DNA of 32,000 nucleotides from Aquifex aeolicus VF5 (GCF_000008625.1 NC_000918.1:1290001-1322000); one strand, 5' to 3'; shown: positions 8,926 to 17,948, counted from the first letter of the stretch. Translations and numbers: made by a program. Notes: a model not told the origin generated them from the sequence alone.

Positions 8926-9558
8926 TTATTTCTTGCCCACCTCCTCGAACTTTATTAATTTAATTTTATCAACATCCTTACCGAAGGATACACCGAATTC
9001 CGAAAGCTCGCTGACCTTAGCTAGATGGACGTAGCCTTCTATTACTTTCATAGCGTAGAGTTCTTTTACTTTATTCAGGTAATTGAATATATCCTCTTCG
9101 AGTATGGCGTTTCCCACGTAACCCCTCTGGAGTGTAGAAACGTGGAATATTAGCTTGAAAGGTTTTCCATATTTTGCGAGTTGTTTTAGGTCGTTATTCA
9201 AGGCTTCCTGAACCTGTTCGTCGGGAAGCTCTCCGAAGTACGCCATGTATAGAGCCTTTGGATTGTACTTTTTGAGGGAAGGGATTAAGTCTTTTCCGCC
9301 CTCTATATACCACGCTTTTTTGCCAAGTATCCTGAGACCCGTTACGAGTGCCCCTGCAAATACCGCACAGAGTTGAGAGTCTTCCATAAAGACTACACCT
9401 ACTTCGTTAAAGCCGTTTTTTGCAAGCAGTTTTGCGGTAGCGTAGGCAACGTTGAGCCTCGGGTTTACGGTCTTGGGATTTATGAACTTGTTTTCCGCAA
9501 AGGCGAACTTTAAAAATGGAAATGAAAGTCCTGCAATTAAGAGTTCTCTCCTATTCAT
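8926..9558 (-). CDS. Exported protein of unknown function (possible Tat-like leader)
   Basis: MNRRELLIAGLSFPFLKFAFA leader. Overlaps the ilvH stop by 8 nt. Confidence 0.6.
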   Translation of the reverse strand: MNRRELLIAGLSFPFLKFAFAENKFINPKTVNPRLNVAYATAKLLAKNGFNEVGVVFMEDSQLCAVFAGALVTGLRILGKKAWYIEGGKDLIPSLKKYNPKALYMAYFGELPDEQVQEALNNDLKQLAKYGKPFKLIFHVSTLQRGYVGNAILEEDIFNYLNKVKELYAMKVIEGYVHLAKVSELSEFGVSFGKDVDKIKLIKFEEVGKK

Positions 9559-10129
9559 TTTCCTCCTCCTTTATGGACATTTCCCTCCTCATGGCGACCT
9601 TACCGGTTCTCGCCATCTCCTTGATACCGAAAGGTTTTAAGAGCTCAATCATGGCGTTTATTTTATCCTCATCTCCAGTAACCTCTATCGTGTAAGTGTC
9701 CGGAGAAACGTCAACGACCTTGCCCCTGAATATCTCCGTTATCCTCAGAACTTCGTCCCTTGCCCTGGAAGAGGGAGTGTAAACCTTTATGAGAGCGAGT
9801 TCCCTCTCCACGTGGGGAACGTCCGTCAGGTCGGAAACCTTCAGGGTGTCTATTAGTCTCCTGAGTTGTTTTACGACCTGCTCAATTACTATATCGTCTC
9901 CGATAACCTCAATAGTCATTCTCGATATTCCCTTTTCGTGAGTTTCGCCTACGGAAAGTCCTTCTATGTTGTAACCCTTTCCCGCGATTAAGGTCGCTAT
10001 TCTCGCAAGGACTCCCATCTCGTTCCTGACTTTTACCGTGATTATGTGCTTCCTGACCTGTCCTTTTCTAATTTCCCTCTTCTGGGGTTTAATAACTTCA
10101 AGCTCACTCTTTCCCAAAGTATCCGCCAT
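9551..10129 (-). CDS. ilvH: Acetolactate synthase small (regulatory) subunit
   Basis: ACT domain HIITVKVRNEMGVLARIATLIAGKGYNIEGLSVG plus the family C-terminal domain. Confidence 0.95.
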   Translation of the reverse strand: MADTLGKSELEVIKPQKREIRKGQVRKHIITVKVRNEMGVLARIATLIAGKGYNIEGLSVGETHEKGISRMTIEVIGDDIVIEQVVKQLRRLIDTLKVSDLTDVPHVERELALIKVYTPSSRARDEVLRITEIFRGKVVDVSPDTYTIEVTGDEDKINAMIELLKPFGIKEMARTGKVAMRREMSIKEEENE

Positions 10130-10156
10130 TACAATCCTCCTGTTTAATAATTTATT

Positions 10157-12034
10157 ATGAAAGTATTAAAAAAAGAGGAACTTGTCCCTACGCTTTATCA
10201 ATTGTTCTCACAGGCAAAGGAAAAGGTACTTGTTGTTTCCGCATGGATCAGGGGAAGCATATTTAAGGAACTCCTATCTTTGCTTCCCGAGAATGTTCAG
10301 CTTGAGGTAATCGTGAGGGCAGGGAACTTATCTGACATGGATATCACGGACGAAGCCTTCTTCAGGGAAACTAAGAAAAAGGGAGGAAGGATACTTCTCA
10401 ACCCCAAACTCCACTCTAAGTTCCTGATAATAGACGAAAGGTACGCGGTTGTAGGTTCTTCAAACATAACCTTTATGGGGCTATACCCTGAGGGAAATGT
10501 AGAGACAAACGTCTTGATAGAAGAAAAAGAAAAGGTAAAGGAACTCCTGGAGTTTTACGAGAACCTAAAAGAAGAATCCGTAGATTACACGGACGTTGTC
10601 GGCTATGCGGTATCTTCCCGCTCTCCAAAAGAAGCGGAAATCGTACTTCTCGAAGATCTGAAAGAACAGACATACCTCGGCATTCAAGGGGAGGAGTTTT
10701 TCCTGTGCAGGCTGAGCAACGTTTCGGGAAAAAAGGAAACCAGGGAAGATGCCCTTAACAGGATACTCTCGTCGGAAGTATGGGACTGGAAGGTCGCAGC
10801 CCTTTTTGCCCACCTTTACGAAAGACCTGAGATAAAGACGGGAAGGCTTGAGATACTCGGTGAGTACGAAAAGGAGAGAAATCTTTTTAAAACACCAACG
10901 AAAAGCGTGGAGTCCGGTTCTCTCGTGAAGAAACTAGAGCCAGAAAGCGAGGAACTAAAGAGAATACTCTTCAAGAACCACTCAGGGTACGACATGAAGT
11001 ATCCCACGTACCTCGGAAAACTCTACAACACGGAAGTAAAAGCTTACCTCGACATGGACAAGGTTCTGGGTATGCACATGGCCGTTTTGGGAACAACTGG
11101 TTCGGGAAAGACAACTTTTGTAAAAAAGATACTAAAAAACTTCAAGGAAAGCGAGGTGATAATTTTCGATATTTACGGAGAATACGCGCAGGAACTTGGA
11201 GCGAAAGAAGTAATAGTGGAAAACGTCTTAATGCCGATAAGCGTAGAAGACGTAAAGGATTACCTGAAGGAAGCTGGTTCCACTTTGGAAGAACGCTCAA
11301 CGGAAGAAAAGGAATTCTTTTCCGTCTTCAGAAGGGCATTAAAACCCGATATTGAAGCGACGGAGCTGAAAGAAAAGAGTTTTAAGGAAATATACGAGGA
11401 AGCTGTGAAGAACCTCCACTCTCTTCATCTAAAACAGGATGCCCAGTCAGTTTACGAACACCTTGAAAGAACCTACTCCAGAGGAGCTTTAGAACAACAA
11501 CCTAAGGTATTAAAGGAAGTTGTAGATTTTCTGAACTCCGAAGAAAGGGTGAAGGTCTTTAACTTCAAGGAAGTGGACATAACCGAAACGAAAGTAAACC
11601 TCACGGGGTTAATACTGAAAGAAATATTTATAAGAGCCAAAAAGGACAGGAAACCGCGATTGATAGTCATAGAAGAGGCTCAGAACGTAGCTCCCGAAAG
11701 GGGAACGGGAGATGTCCCGAGCGGAAAGGAGAACGTCGCTTTCGTTTACGCCAAAAAGATAGCGATGGAGGGGAGAAAGTTAAACCTAGGCTTGATAGCT
11801 ATAACTCAAAGACCCGCAAACCTGAGCAAGTTTATACTCTCTCAACTAAACACTCAGGTGATATTTAAATTAATCACAAAAAACGACCTTGACGCGGTAT
11901 CGCCCTTTTTTGAATACTCCAAAGAGGATATTTTCAGGCTCTTGCCTTTTTTAAAGCCGGGAACGGCCTTCGTAAGCGGCTTGGCCGTCCCCTTCAGTTT
12001 TCTGTTTCAGATGGAGGAAATTCCCTACTACTGA
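10157..12034 (+). CDS. Fusion of PLD (HKD) nuclease-like domain, HAS-barrel-like region and HerA/DUF87-type ATPase
   Basis: HSKFLIIDERYAVVGSSN (HKD motif, His86), Walker A VLGTTGSGKTTFVKK, Walker B PRLIVIEEAQNVAPERG, and sensor region LGLIAITQRPANLSKFILSQLNTQVIFKL. Confidence 0.9.
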   Translation: MKVLKKEELVPTLYQLFSQAKEKVLVVSAWIRGSIFKELLSLLPENVQLEVIVRAGNLSDMDITDEAFFRETKKKGGRILLNPKLHSKFLIIDERYAVVGSSNITFMGLYPEGNVETNVLIEEKEKVKELLEFYENLKEESVDYTDVVGYAVSSRSPKEAEIVLLEDLKEQTYLGIQGEEFFLCRLSNVSGKKETREDALNRILSSEVWDWKVAALFAHLYERPEIKTGRLEILGEYEKERNLFKTPTKSVESGSLVKKLEPESEELKRILFKNHSGYDMKYPTYLGKLYNTEVKAYLDMDKVLGMHMAVLGTTGSGKTTFVKKILKNFKESEVIIFDIYGEYAQELGAKEVIVENVLMPISVEDVKDYLKEAGSTLEERSTEEKEFFSVFRRALKPDIEATELKEKSFKEIYEEAVKNLHSLHLKQDAQSVYEHLERTYSRGALEQQPKVLKEVVDFLNSEERVKVFNFKEVDITETKVNLTGLILKEIFIRAKKDRKPRLIVIEEAQNVAPERGTGDVPSGKENVAFVYAKKIAMEGRKLNLGLIAITQRPANLSKFILSQLNTQVIFKLITKNDLDAVSPFFEYSKEDIFRLLPFLKPGTAFVSGLAVPFSFLFQMEEIPYY

Positions 12035-12235
12035 TTACTTTTCCGCTCCGGCTTGTTCTTTTGCCTCCCTTGCCTTTTTCGCAAGCTCAGGAGAGTAAGC
12101 CTTACCCTGCCAGAGCATCTTGTAAACTACTTCGTAAGTACTTTCCGCGAGCTCCGTAAGCTCTTTGAAGAGCTTGTTAAAACCTTCGGACTTGTGGGAC
12201 TTTTCGTGGCTTTCCAGATCCTTCCAGAAGGTCAC
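12035..12235 (-). CDS. C-terminal part of a split dimeric alpha-beta barrel (SOR/ABM-like) protein
   Basis: VTFWKDLESHEKSHKSEGFNKLF...YEVVYKMLWQGKAY. The same frame extends upstream without a start as QATEHPLKDREILIVTFWKD, continuous with the 12235..12501 ORF in another frame. Confidence 0.65.
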   Translation of the reverse strand: MTFWKDLESHEKSHKSEGFNKLFKELTELAESTYEVVYKMLWQGKAYSPELAKKAREAKEQAGAEK

Positions 12236-12501
12236 TATGAGTATTTCCCTGTCCTTGAGGGGGTGTTCCGTGGCCTGTCTGCGGTTGAACCTTCAAGGGA
12301 AACACCACCGGTATTCAGGAGCACGAATCCTCCGTAAAAACCGTCATCAGAGTGATAGGTCTTTACGTGCTCACAGAGATATGCGGCCTTTTCCATAACC
12401 TCATCTATGTCAACACCTTCCTTCAAAACAACGTAATTTATGTTTACAATGGCATCTTCAGGTATGTCAGGTATTAAAGGATTTCCGTACATCTCACTCA
12501 C
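12235..12501 (-). CDS. N-terminal part of the same split dimeric alpha-beta barrel (SOR/ABM-like) protein
   Basis: MSEMYGNPLIPDIPEDAIVNINYVVLKEGVD...GFYGGFVLLNTGGVSLEGSTADRP, with a strong SD (AAGGAGGTG) before the GTG start. Confidence 0.65.
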   Translation of the reverse strand: MSEMYGNPLIPDIPEDAIVNINYVVLKEGVDIDEVMEKAAYLCEHVKTYHSDDGFYGGFVLLNTGGVSLEGSTADRPRNTPSRTGKYS

Positions 12502-12594
12502 CTCCTTAGCATTTTAGGATATTCAAATATCCTTATATTTTTATGATTTGAAACATGTGTTTACACCTTTTTTAAGTGAATTACAATTAATAAG

Positions 12595-13248
12595 ATGTTT
12601 ATGAAACCTGAAGATTTGATACTTACCATTCCCGCTTTGATGATAGCGGTTATACTCCACGAAGTAGCCCACGGGTACGTAGCCTACAAAATGGGCGACC
12701 CAACCCCAAAAGCAGCGGGAAGGCTTACCCTAAACCCTATACCGCACATAGACCTTTTGGGAACTATAATCCTTCCCGGGCTTTTGATGCTCGTAGGCTC
12801 TCCCATCGTCTTCGGATGGGCAAAACCCGTTCCCATAAACCCTTACAACTTCAAGGACCTTAAAAAGGGGATGTTCCTCACCTCCATAGCCGGAGTGGCT
12901 ATGAACTTTTCCCTCGCTGTGCTCTTCGGTATGCTGAACAGACTCCTCAGGGCTGTTGTTTACTCGGTGCCCGAAGAAGTTGCAACTTTCTTGATAATTC
13001 CACTAATGATCTTTACGACTAAAGTGGTTTTAATAAACCTCGTTTTAGGACTCTTTAACGCCATTCCCATACCGCCCCTGGACGGAAGTAAAGCCCTGAT
13101 GAGCCTTCTTTCTTACAAGTACTGGGAGATGTTCTACAGGTTTGAGCAGTATGGATTTTTAATAATTACCGTTCTCCTCTTTACAGGAGTCCTCCAGAGT
13201 ATCATCCTTCCTCCATTAGTCTTTCTCTACAACCTCATACTCAATTAG
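12595..13248 (+). CDS. M50 family membrane metalloprotease (site-2 protease type)
   Basis: HEVAHGYVAYKMGD zinc motif and NAIPIPPLDGSKAL (NxxPxPPLDG). Confidence 0.92.
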   Translation: MFMKPEDLILTIPALMIAVILHEVAHGYVAYKMGDPTPKAAGRLTLNPIPHIDLLGTIILPGLLMLVGSPIVFGWAKPVPINPYNFKDLKKGMFLTSIAGVAMNFSLAVLFGMLNRLLRAVVYSVPEEVATFLIIPLMIFTTKVVLINLVLGLFNAIPIPPLDGSKALMSLLSYKYWEMFYRFEQYGFLIITVLLFTGVLQSIILPPLVFLYNLILN

Positions 13249-13703
13249 TGCATCATTTTCCCATGCATCTTTCTCATCATCTCCTTCCAGCTTTCTTTGT
13301 AATTGTGATACAACCAATACGCTACCGCTTCCTTTTCCTCTTCACTTAAAGCCTTTCCTATCGGAGGCATTACTCCGAATAGCTTAAACGCCATGGGCAT
13401 ACACACTCCCTTTTCCCTTGAAGGATTCGTTATGTAGTCCTTGACGAAAGTAATAAACTCAAGTTCACCGGGGTAGAACTTTTTCACCCTCGCTGAAACT
13501 TCGTTCATAGGTGGTGCTGCTATAGGGAGTTTTTCTCCCCTCATAGCCATCATCCTGAACTTTTTAATCTGCTCGGGAGTTGCCCTTTCTATGTGGCAGG
13601 CACTGCAGTGTTTTTTATAAACTTCGTATCCTTTCTGGAGAAGGTTATGATCCACTGCAAAAACTGGAATTGCCAAGGCTAAGGATATTAAAAGTTTTCT
13701 CAT
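13245..13703 (-). CDS. Monoheme cytochrome c, exported
   Basis: Signal peptide MRKLLISLALAIPVFA, CSACH heme motif and a downstream GVMPPIGKALSEEE Met-ligand region. Confidence 0.88.
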   Translation of the reverse strand: MRKLLISLALAIPVFAVDHNLLQKGYEVYKKHCSACHIERATPEQIKKFRMMAMRGEKLPIAAPPMNEVSARVKKFYPGELEFITFVKDYITNPSREKGVCMPMAFKLFGVMPPIGKALSEEEKEAVAYWLYHNYKESWKEMMRKMHGKMMH

Positions 13704-13736
13704 TTTACACCTCCTGGTTAGTAAATTCTAATCCAC

Positions 13737-13765
13737 TTTACAGGAAATTTCACGAGGTTTATATT
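13737..13765 (+). promoter_or_regulatory. Predicted sigma70 promoter of ffs (TTTACA-N17-TATATT)
   Basis: TTTACA 13737-13742, 17-nt spacer, TATATT 13760-13765. Expected start near 13772 coincides with the first paired base of the SRP RNA. Confidence 0.6.
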
Positions 13766-13774
13766 TATTAATTA

Positions 13775-13854
13775 GCCCTGCGGCGGGACAGGGTGAACTC
13801 CCCCAGGCCCGAAAGGGAGCAAGGGTAAGCCCGCCGTCCCGTGCGCAGGGTCCT
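13775..13854 (+). ncRNA. ffs: Bacterial 4.5S-type signal recognition particle RNA
   Basis: The sequence gccctgcg...CAGGCCCGAAAGGGAGCAAGGG...cgcagggt forms closing helix GCCCUGCG/CGCAGGGU and helix CGGGAC/GUCCCG. It has the SRP apical domain with internal loops and a GNRA tetraloop. Confidence 0.92.
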
Positions 13855-13881
13855 AAAACAAATACCCTCCAGAGGTAATAA

Positions 13882-15303
13882 ATGAACTACGTTCCCTTCG
13901 CGAGAAAGTACAGACCGAAATTCTTCAGGGAAGTAATAGGACAGGAAGCTCCCGTAAGGATACTCAAAAACGCTATAAAAAACGACAGAGTGGCTCACGC
14001 CTACCTCTTTGCCGGACCGAGGGGGGTTGGGAAGACGACTATTGCAAGAATTCTCGCAAAAGCTTTGAACTGTAAAAATCCCTCCAAAGGTGAGCCCTGC
14101 GGTGAGTGCGAAAACTGCAGGGAGATAGACAGGGGTGTGTTCCCTGACTTAATTGAAATGGATGCCGCCTCAAACAGGGGTATAGACGACGTAAGGGCAT
14201 TAAAAGAAGCGGTCAATTACAAACCTATAAAAGGAAAGTACAAGGTTTACATAATAGACGAAGCTCACATGCTCACGAAAGAAGCTTTCAACGCTCTCTT
14301 AAAAACCCTCGAAGAGCCCCCTCCCAGAACTGTTTTCGTCCTTTGTACCACGGAGTACGACAAAATTCTTCCCACGATACTCTCAAGGTGTCAGAGGATA
14401 ATCTTCTCAAAGGTAAGAAAGGAAAAAGTAATAGAGTATCTAAAAAAGATATGTGAAAAGGAAGGGATTGAGTGCGAAGAGGGAGCCCTTGAGGTTCTGG
14501 CTCATGCCTCTGAAGGGTGCATGAGGGATGCAGCCTCTCTCCTGGACCAGGCGAGCGTTTACGGGGAAGGCAGGGTAACAAAAGAAGTAGTGGAGAACTT
14601 CCTCGGAATTCTCAGTCAGGAAAGCGTTAGGAGTTTTCTGAAATTGCTTCTGAACTCAGAAGTGGACGAAGCTATAAAGTTCCTCAGAGAACTCTCAGAA
14701 AAGGGCTACAACCTGACCAAGTTTTGGGAGATGTTAGAAGAGGAAGTGAGAAACGCAATTTTAGTAAAGAGCCTGAAAAATCCCGAAAGCGTGGTTCAGA
14801 ACTGGCAGGATTACGAAGACTTCAAAGACTACCCTCTGGAAGCCCTCCTCTACGTTGAGAACCTGATAAACAGGGGTAAAGTTGAAGCGAGAACGAGAGA
14901 ACCCTTAAGAGCCTTTGAACTCGCGGTAATAAAGAGCCTTATAGTCAAAGACATAATTCCCGTATCCCAGCTCGGAAGTGTGGTAAAGGAAACCAAAAAG
15001 GAAGAAAAGAAAGTTGAAGTAAAAGAAGAGCCAAAAGTAAAAGAAGAAAAACCAAAGGAGCAGGAAGAGGACAGGTTCCAGAAAGTTTTAAACGCTGTGG
15101 ACGGCAAAATCCTTAAAAGAATACTTGAAGGGGCAAAAAGGGAAGAAAGAGACGGAAAAATCGTCCTAAAGATAGAAGCCTCTTATCTGAGAACCATGAA
15201 AAAGGAATTTGACTCACTAAAGGAGACTTTTCCTTTTTTAGAGTTTGAACCCGTGGAGGATAAAAAAAAACCTCAGAAGTCCAGCGGGACGAGGCTGTTT
15301 TAA
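13882..15303 (+). CDS. dnaX: DNA polymerase III tau/gamma subunit; conserved C-terminus may continue to 15356 in the -1 frame
   Basis: GPRGVGKTTIARILAKALNC, zinc-binding CGECENCREIDRG, DEAHMLTKEAFNALLKTLEEPP, and SRCQRI. Confidence 0.96.
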   Translation: MNYVPFARKYRPKFFREVIGQEAPVRILKNAIKNDRVAHAYLFAGPRGVGKTTIARILAKALNCKNPSKGEPCGECENCREIDRGVFPDLIEMDAASNRGIDDVRALKEAVNYKPIKGKYKVYIIDEAHMLTKEAFNALLKTLEEPPPRTVFVLCTTEYDKILPTILSRCQRIIFSKVRKEKVIEYLKKICEKEGIECEEGALEVLAHASEGCMRDAASLLDQASVYGEGRVTKEVVENFLGILSQESVRSFLKLLLNSEVDEAIKFLRELSEKGYNLTKFWEMLEEEVRNAILVKSLKNPESVVQNWQDYEDFKDYPLEALLYVENLINRGKVEARTREPLRAFELAVIKSLIVKDIIPVSQLGSVVKETKKEEKKVEVKEEPKVKEEKPKEQEEDRFQKVLNAVDGKILKRILEGAKREERDGKIVLKIEASYLRTMKKEFDSLKETFPFLEFEPVEDKKKPQKSSGTRLF

Positions 15304-15321
15304 AGGTAAAGGAGCTCTTCA

Positions 15322-15585
15322 ATGCAAAAATACTCAAAGTACGAAGTAAAAGCTAAGGTCATAAAGGTGAGAATGCCCGTGGAAGAGATAGGGCTGTTTA
15401 ACGCACTAATAGACGGCTTGCCCAGGTACGCACTCACGAGGACGAAGGAAAAGGGAAAGGGAGAAGTTTTCGTTTTAGCGACTCCTTATAAAGTCAAGGA
15501 ATTGATGGAAGCTATGGAGGGTATGAAAAAACACATAAAGGATTTAGAAATCCTCGGAGAGACGGATGAGGATTTAACTTTTTAA
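15322..15585 (+). CDS. Small conserved protein (DUF4911-like)
   Basis: 87 aa (PVEEIGLFNALIDGLPRYALTRT...) located between dnaX and uvrB on the same strand. Confidence 0.6.
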   Translation: MQKYSKYEVKAKVIKVRMPVEEIGLFNALIDGLPRYALTRTKEKGKGEVFVLATPYKVKELMEAMEGMKKHIKDLEILGETDEDLTF

Positions 15586-15588
15586 AGT

Positions 15589-17580
15589 ATGGGTGTATCT
15601 GAGCAAAGGTTTAAGCTAAAAACAAACCTGAAACCCGCAGGGGACCAGCCGAAAGCCATAAAAAAACTCCTTGAAAACCTAAGGAAAGGCGTAAAAGAAC
15701 AAACACTTCTCGGAGTCACGGGAAGCGGAAAGACTTTTACTCTAGCAAACGTAATAGCGAAGTACAACAAACCAACTCTTGTGGTAGTTCACAACAAAAT
15801 TCTCGCGGCACAGCTATACAGGGAGTTTAAAGAACTATTCCCTGAAAACGCTGTAGAGTACTTTGTCTCTTACTACGACTATTACCAACCTGAAGCCTAC
15901 ATTCCCGAAAAAGATTTATACATAGAAAAGGACGCGAGTATAAACGAAACGCTGGAACGTTTCAGACACTCCGCCACGATATCCGTTCTAGAAAGGAGGG
16001 ACGTTATAGTAGTTGCTTCAGTTTCTTGCATATACGGACTCGGGAAACCTGAGCACTACGAAAACCTGAGGATAAAACTCCAAAGGGGAATAAGACTGAA
16101 CTTGAGTAAGCTCCTGAGGAAACTCGTTGAGCTAGGATATCAGAGAAATGACTTTGCCATAAAGAGGGCTACCTTCTCGGTTAGGGGAGACGTGGTTGAG
16201 ATAGTCCCTTCTCACACGGAAGATTACCTCGTGAGGGTAGAGTTCTGGGACGACGAAGTTGAAAGAATAGTCCTCATGGACGCTCTGAACAGACACGTTA
16301 TAAAAGAAGTGGAAGAGTATTCTGTATTTCCCGCCTCCCACTACATAGCCCCCAGACCCACCGTTGAACAGGCACTGAAAGAAATAGAAAAGGATTTAAT
16401 AGAGAGAGTAAAGTGGTTTAAAAGTCAGGGAAGGGAAGTGGAAGCCCAGAGGCTCTACCAGAGAACTATGTACGACATTGAGATGATAAGAGAACTTGGG
16501 CACTGCAAAGGGATAGAAAACTACTCCCGTTACTTTGACGGGAGAAAACCCGGAGAGCCACCCTTTACTCTCCTTGACTACTTCCCTGAAGACTTCCTGC
16601 TCATAATAGACGAGTCTCACATGACAATTCCTCAACTCAGGGCTATGTACAACGGGGACAGGAGCAGGAAGGAAAAACTCGTGGAGTATGGCTGGAGGCT
16701 TCCCTCAGCACTCGACAACAGACCCCTCAAATTTGAAGAGTTTCTGGAAAGGATTAATCAGGTAATTTACGTTTCAGCAACACCCGGAGACTGGGAACTT
16801 GAAAGGAGCGAGGCTGTAGTGGAACAAATAGTAAGACCTACGGGACTCCTGGACCCTGTTGTGGAAGTAAGACCGAAGATGAACCAGCTTGAGAACTTAG
16901 TAAAGGAAATAAAGGAAGTCAAAAAGAGAAAGGAAAGGGCTTTAGTTCTTACAACAACAAAAAGGCTTGCAGAAGAAATAGCTGACTACCTGACCGAAAG
17001 GAAGATAAGAGCCAAATATATGCACTCAGAACTGGACGCAATAGAAAGGGCACAACTGATAAGGGAACTGAGGGAGGGAAGCATAGACGTTATAGTGGGT
17101 GTAAACCTCTTGAGGGAAGGGCTCGACCTTCCCGAAGTTTCACTAGTTGCCATAATGGACGCGGACAAAGAGGGCTTTTTAAGGAGTTATCAGGCACTAA
17201 TACAGACCATAGGAAGGGCTGCGAGAAATATACACGGAAAGGCTATACTCTACGCGGACAGGATAACTAAAGCCATGGAAAAAGCGATTCAAGAGACCCA
17301 GAGGCGTAGAAAGATACAGGAAGAGTTCAACAAGAAACACGGCATAACTCCAAAATCCATAAAGAAGCCCGTAAAGGAACTCCTCGCAATAGAAGAGCTT
17401 GATTACGTGAGCGTTCCCGAAGAACTGCCGAAGGGAGTTAAATCAGAAGAGGACATACTCAAGAAGATCGAAAAGCTTGAAAAGGAAATGTGGAAATACG
17501 CTCAAAACTGGGAGTTTGAAAAAGCTGCAAAAGTTAGGGATGAAATTAAGAAACTGAAAAAGTTATTAGGTTTGGATTAG
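15589..17580 (+). CDS. uvrB: Excinuclease ABC subunit B
   Basis: [47 protein letters not shown], and C-terminal UVR motif. Confidence 0.98.
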
Positions 17581-17597
17581 AGAGGGGAAGCGGCCCA

Positions 17598-17948
17598 TTA
17601 GCCGCAGGAGAAAGAACTTCCGCATCCGCAGCTTCCGGTTGCGTTGGGGTTCCTTATCGTAAACCCACCGCCCATGAAGTCAACTACGTAGTCAAGTTCC
17701 GCACCGTTTACGTAGGGCATGGAGAAGGGGTCTATTACAACTTTCACTCCGTCGTATTCAAATACGTGGTCTCCTTCTTCTACGGTGTCATCAAATCCCA
17801 TAGCGTACTGGAATCCGGAGCATCCACCGGGAACTACTCTAATCCTGAGTATGGGGTTTTCTATGTTGTTCTCCTGTGCAACCTTCTTGATTTCTTCAAC
17901 AGCCTTGTCAGTTACCTTAAAAATAAATTGTTGAGCTTGCTCTTGCAT
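17598..17948 (-). CDS. iscA: HesB/IscA-family iron-sulfur cluster assembly protein
   Basis: RVVPGGCSGFQYAMGFDD and C-terminal GSCGCGSSF. Confidence 0.92.
   Translation of the reverse strand: MQEQAQQFIFKVTDKAVEEIKKVAQENNIENPILRIRVVPGGCSGFQYAMGFDDTVEEGDHVFEYDGVKVVIDPFSMPYVNGAELDYVVDFMGGGFTIRNPNATGSCGCGSSFSCG

Noticed and set aside
10473-10813. Antisense ORFs of 66 and 82 aa within the PLD-HerA fusion
   Set aside because: They are short, antisense to a motif-supported CDS, and have no start signals.
12053-12398. Plus-strand ORFs (94 aa and 77 aa) over the split SOR-like gene
   Set aside because: The minus-strand reading has a strong SD and conserved-looking WKD..E.SH motifs; the plus-strand frames look incidental.
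13768-13998. 76-aa minus-strand ORF across ffs and the dnaX start
   Set aside because: It is antisense to the SRP RNA and to conserved DnaX N-terminal codons; incidental.
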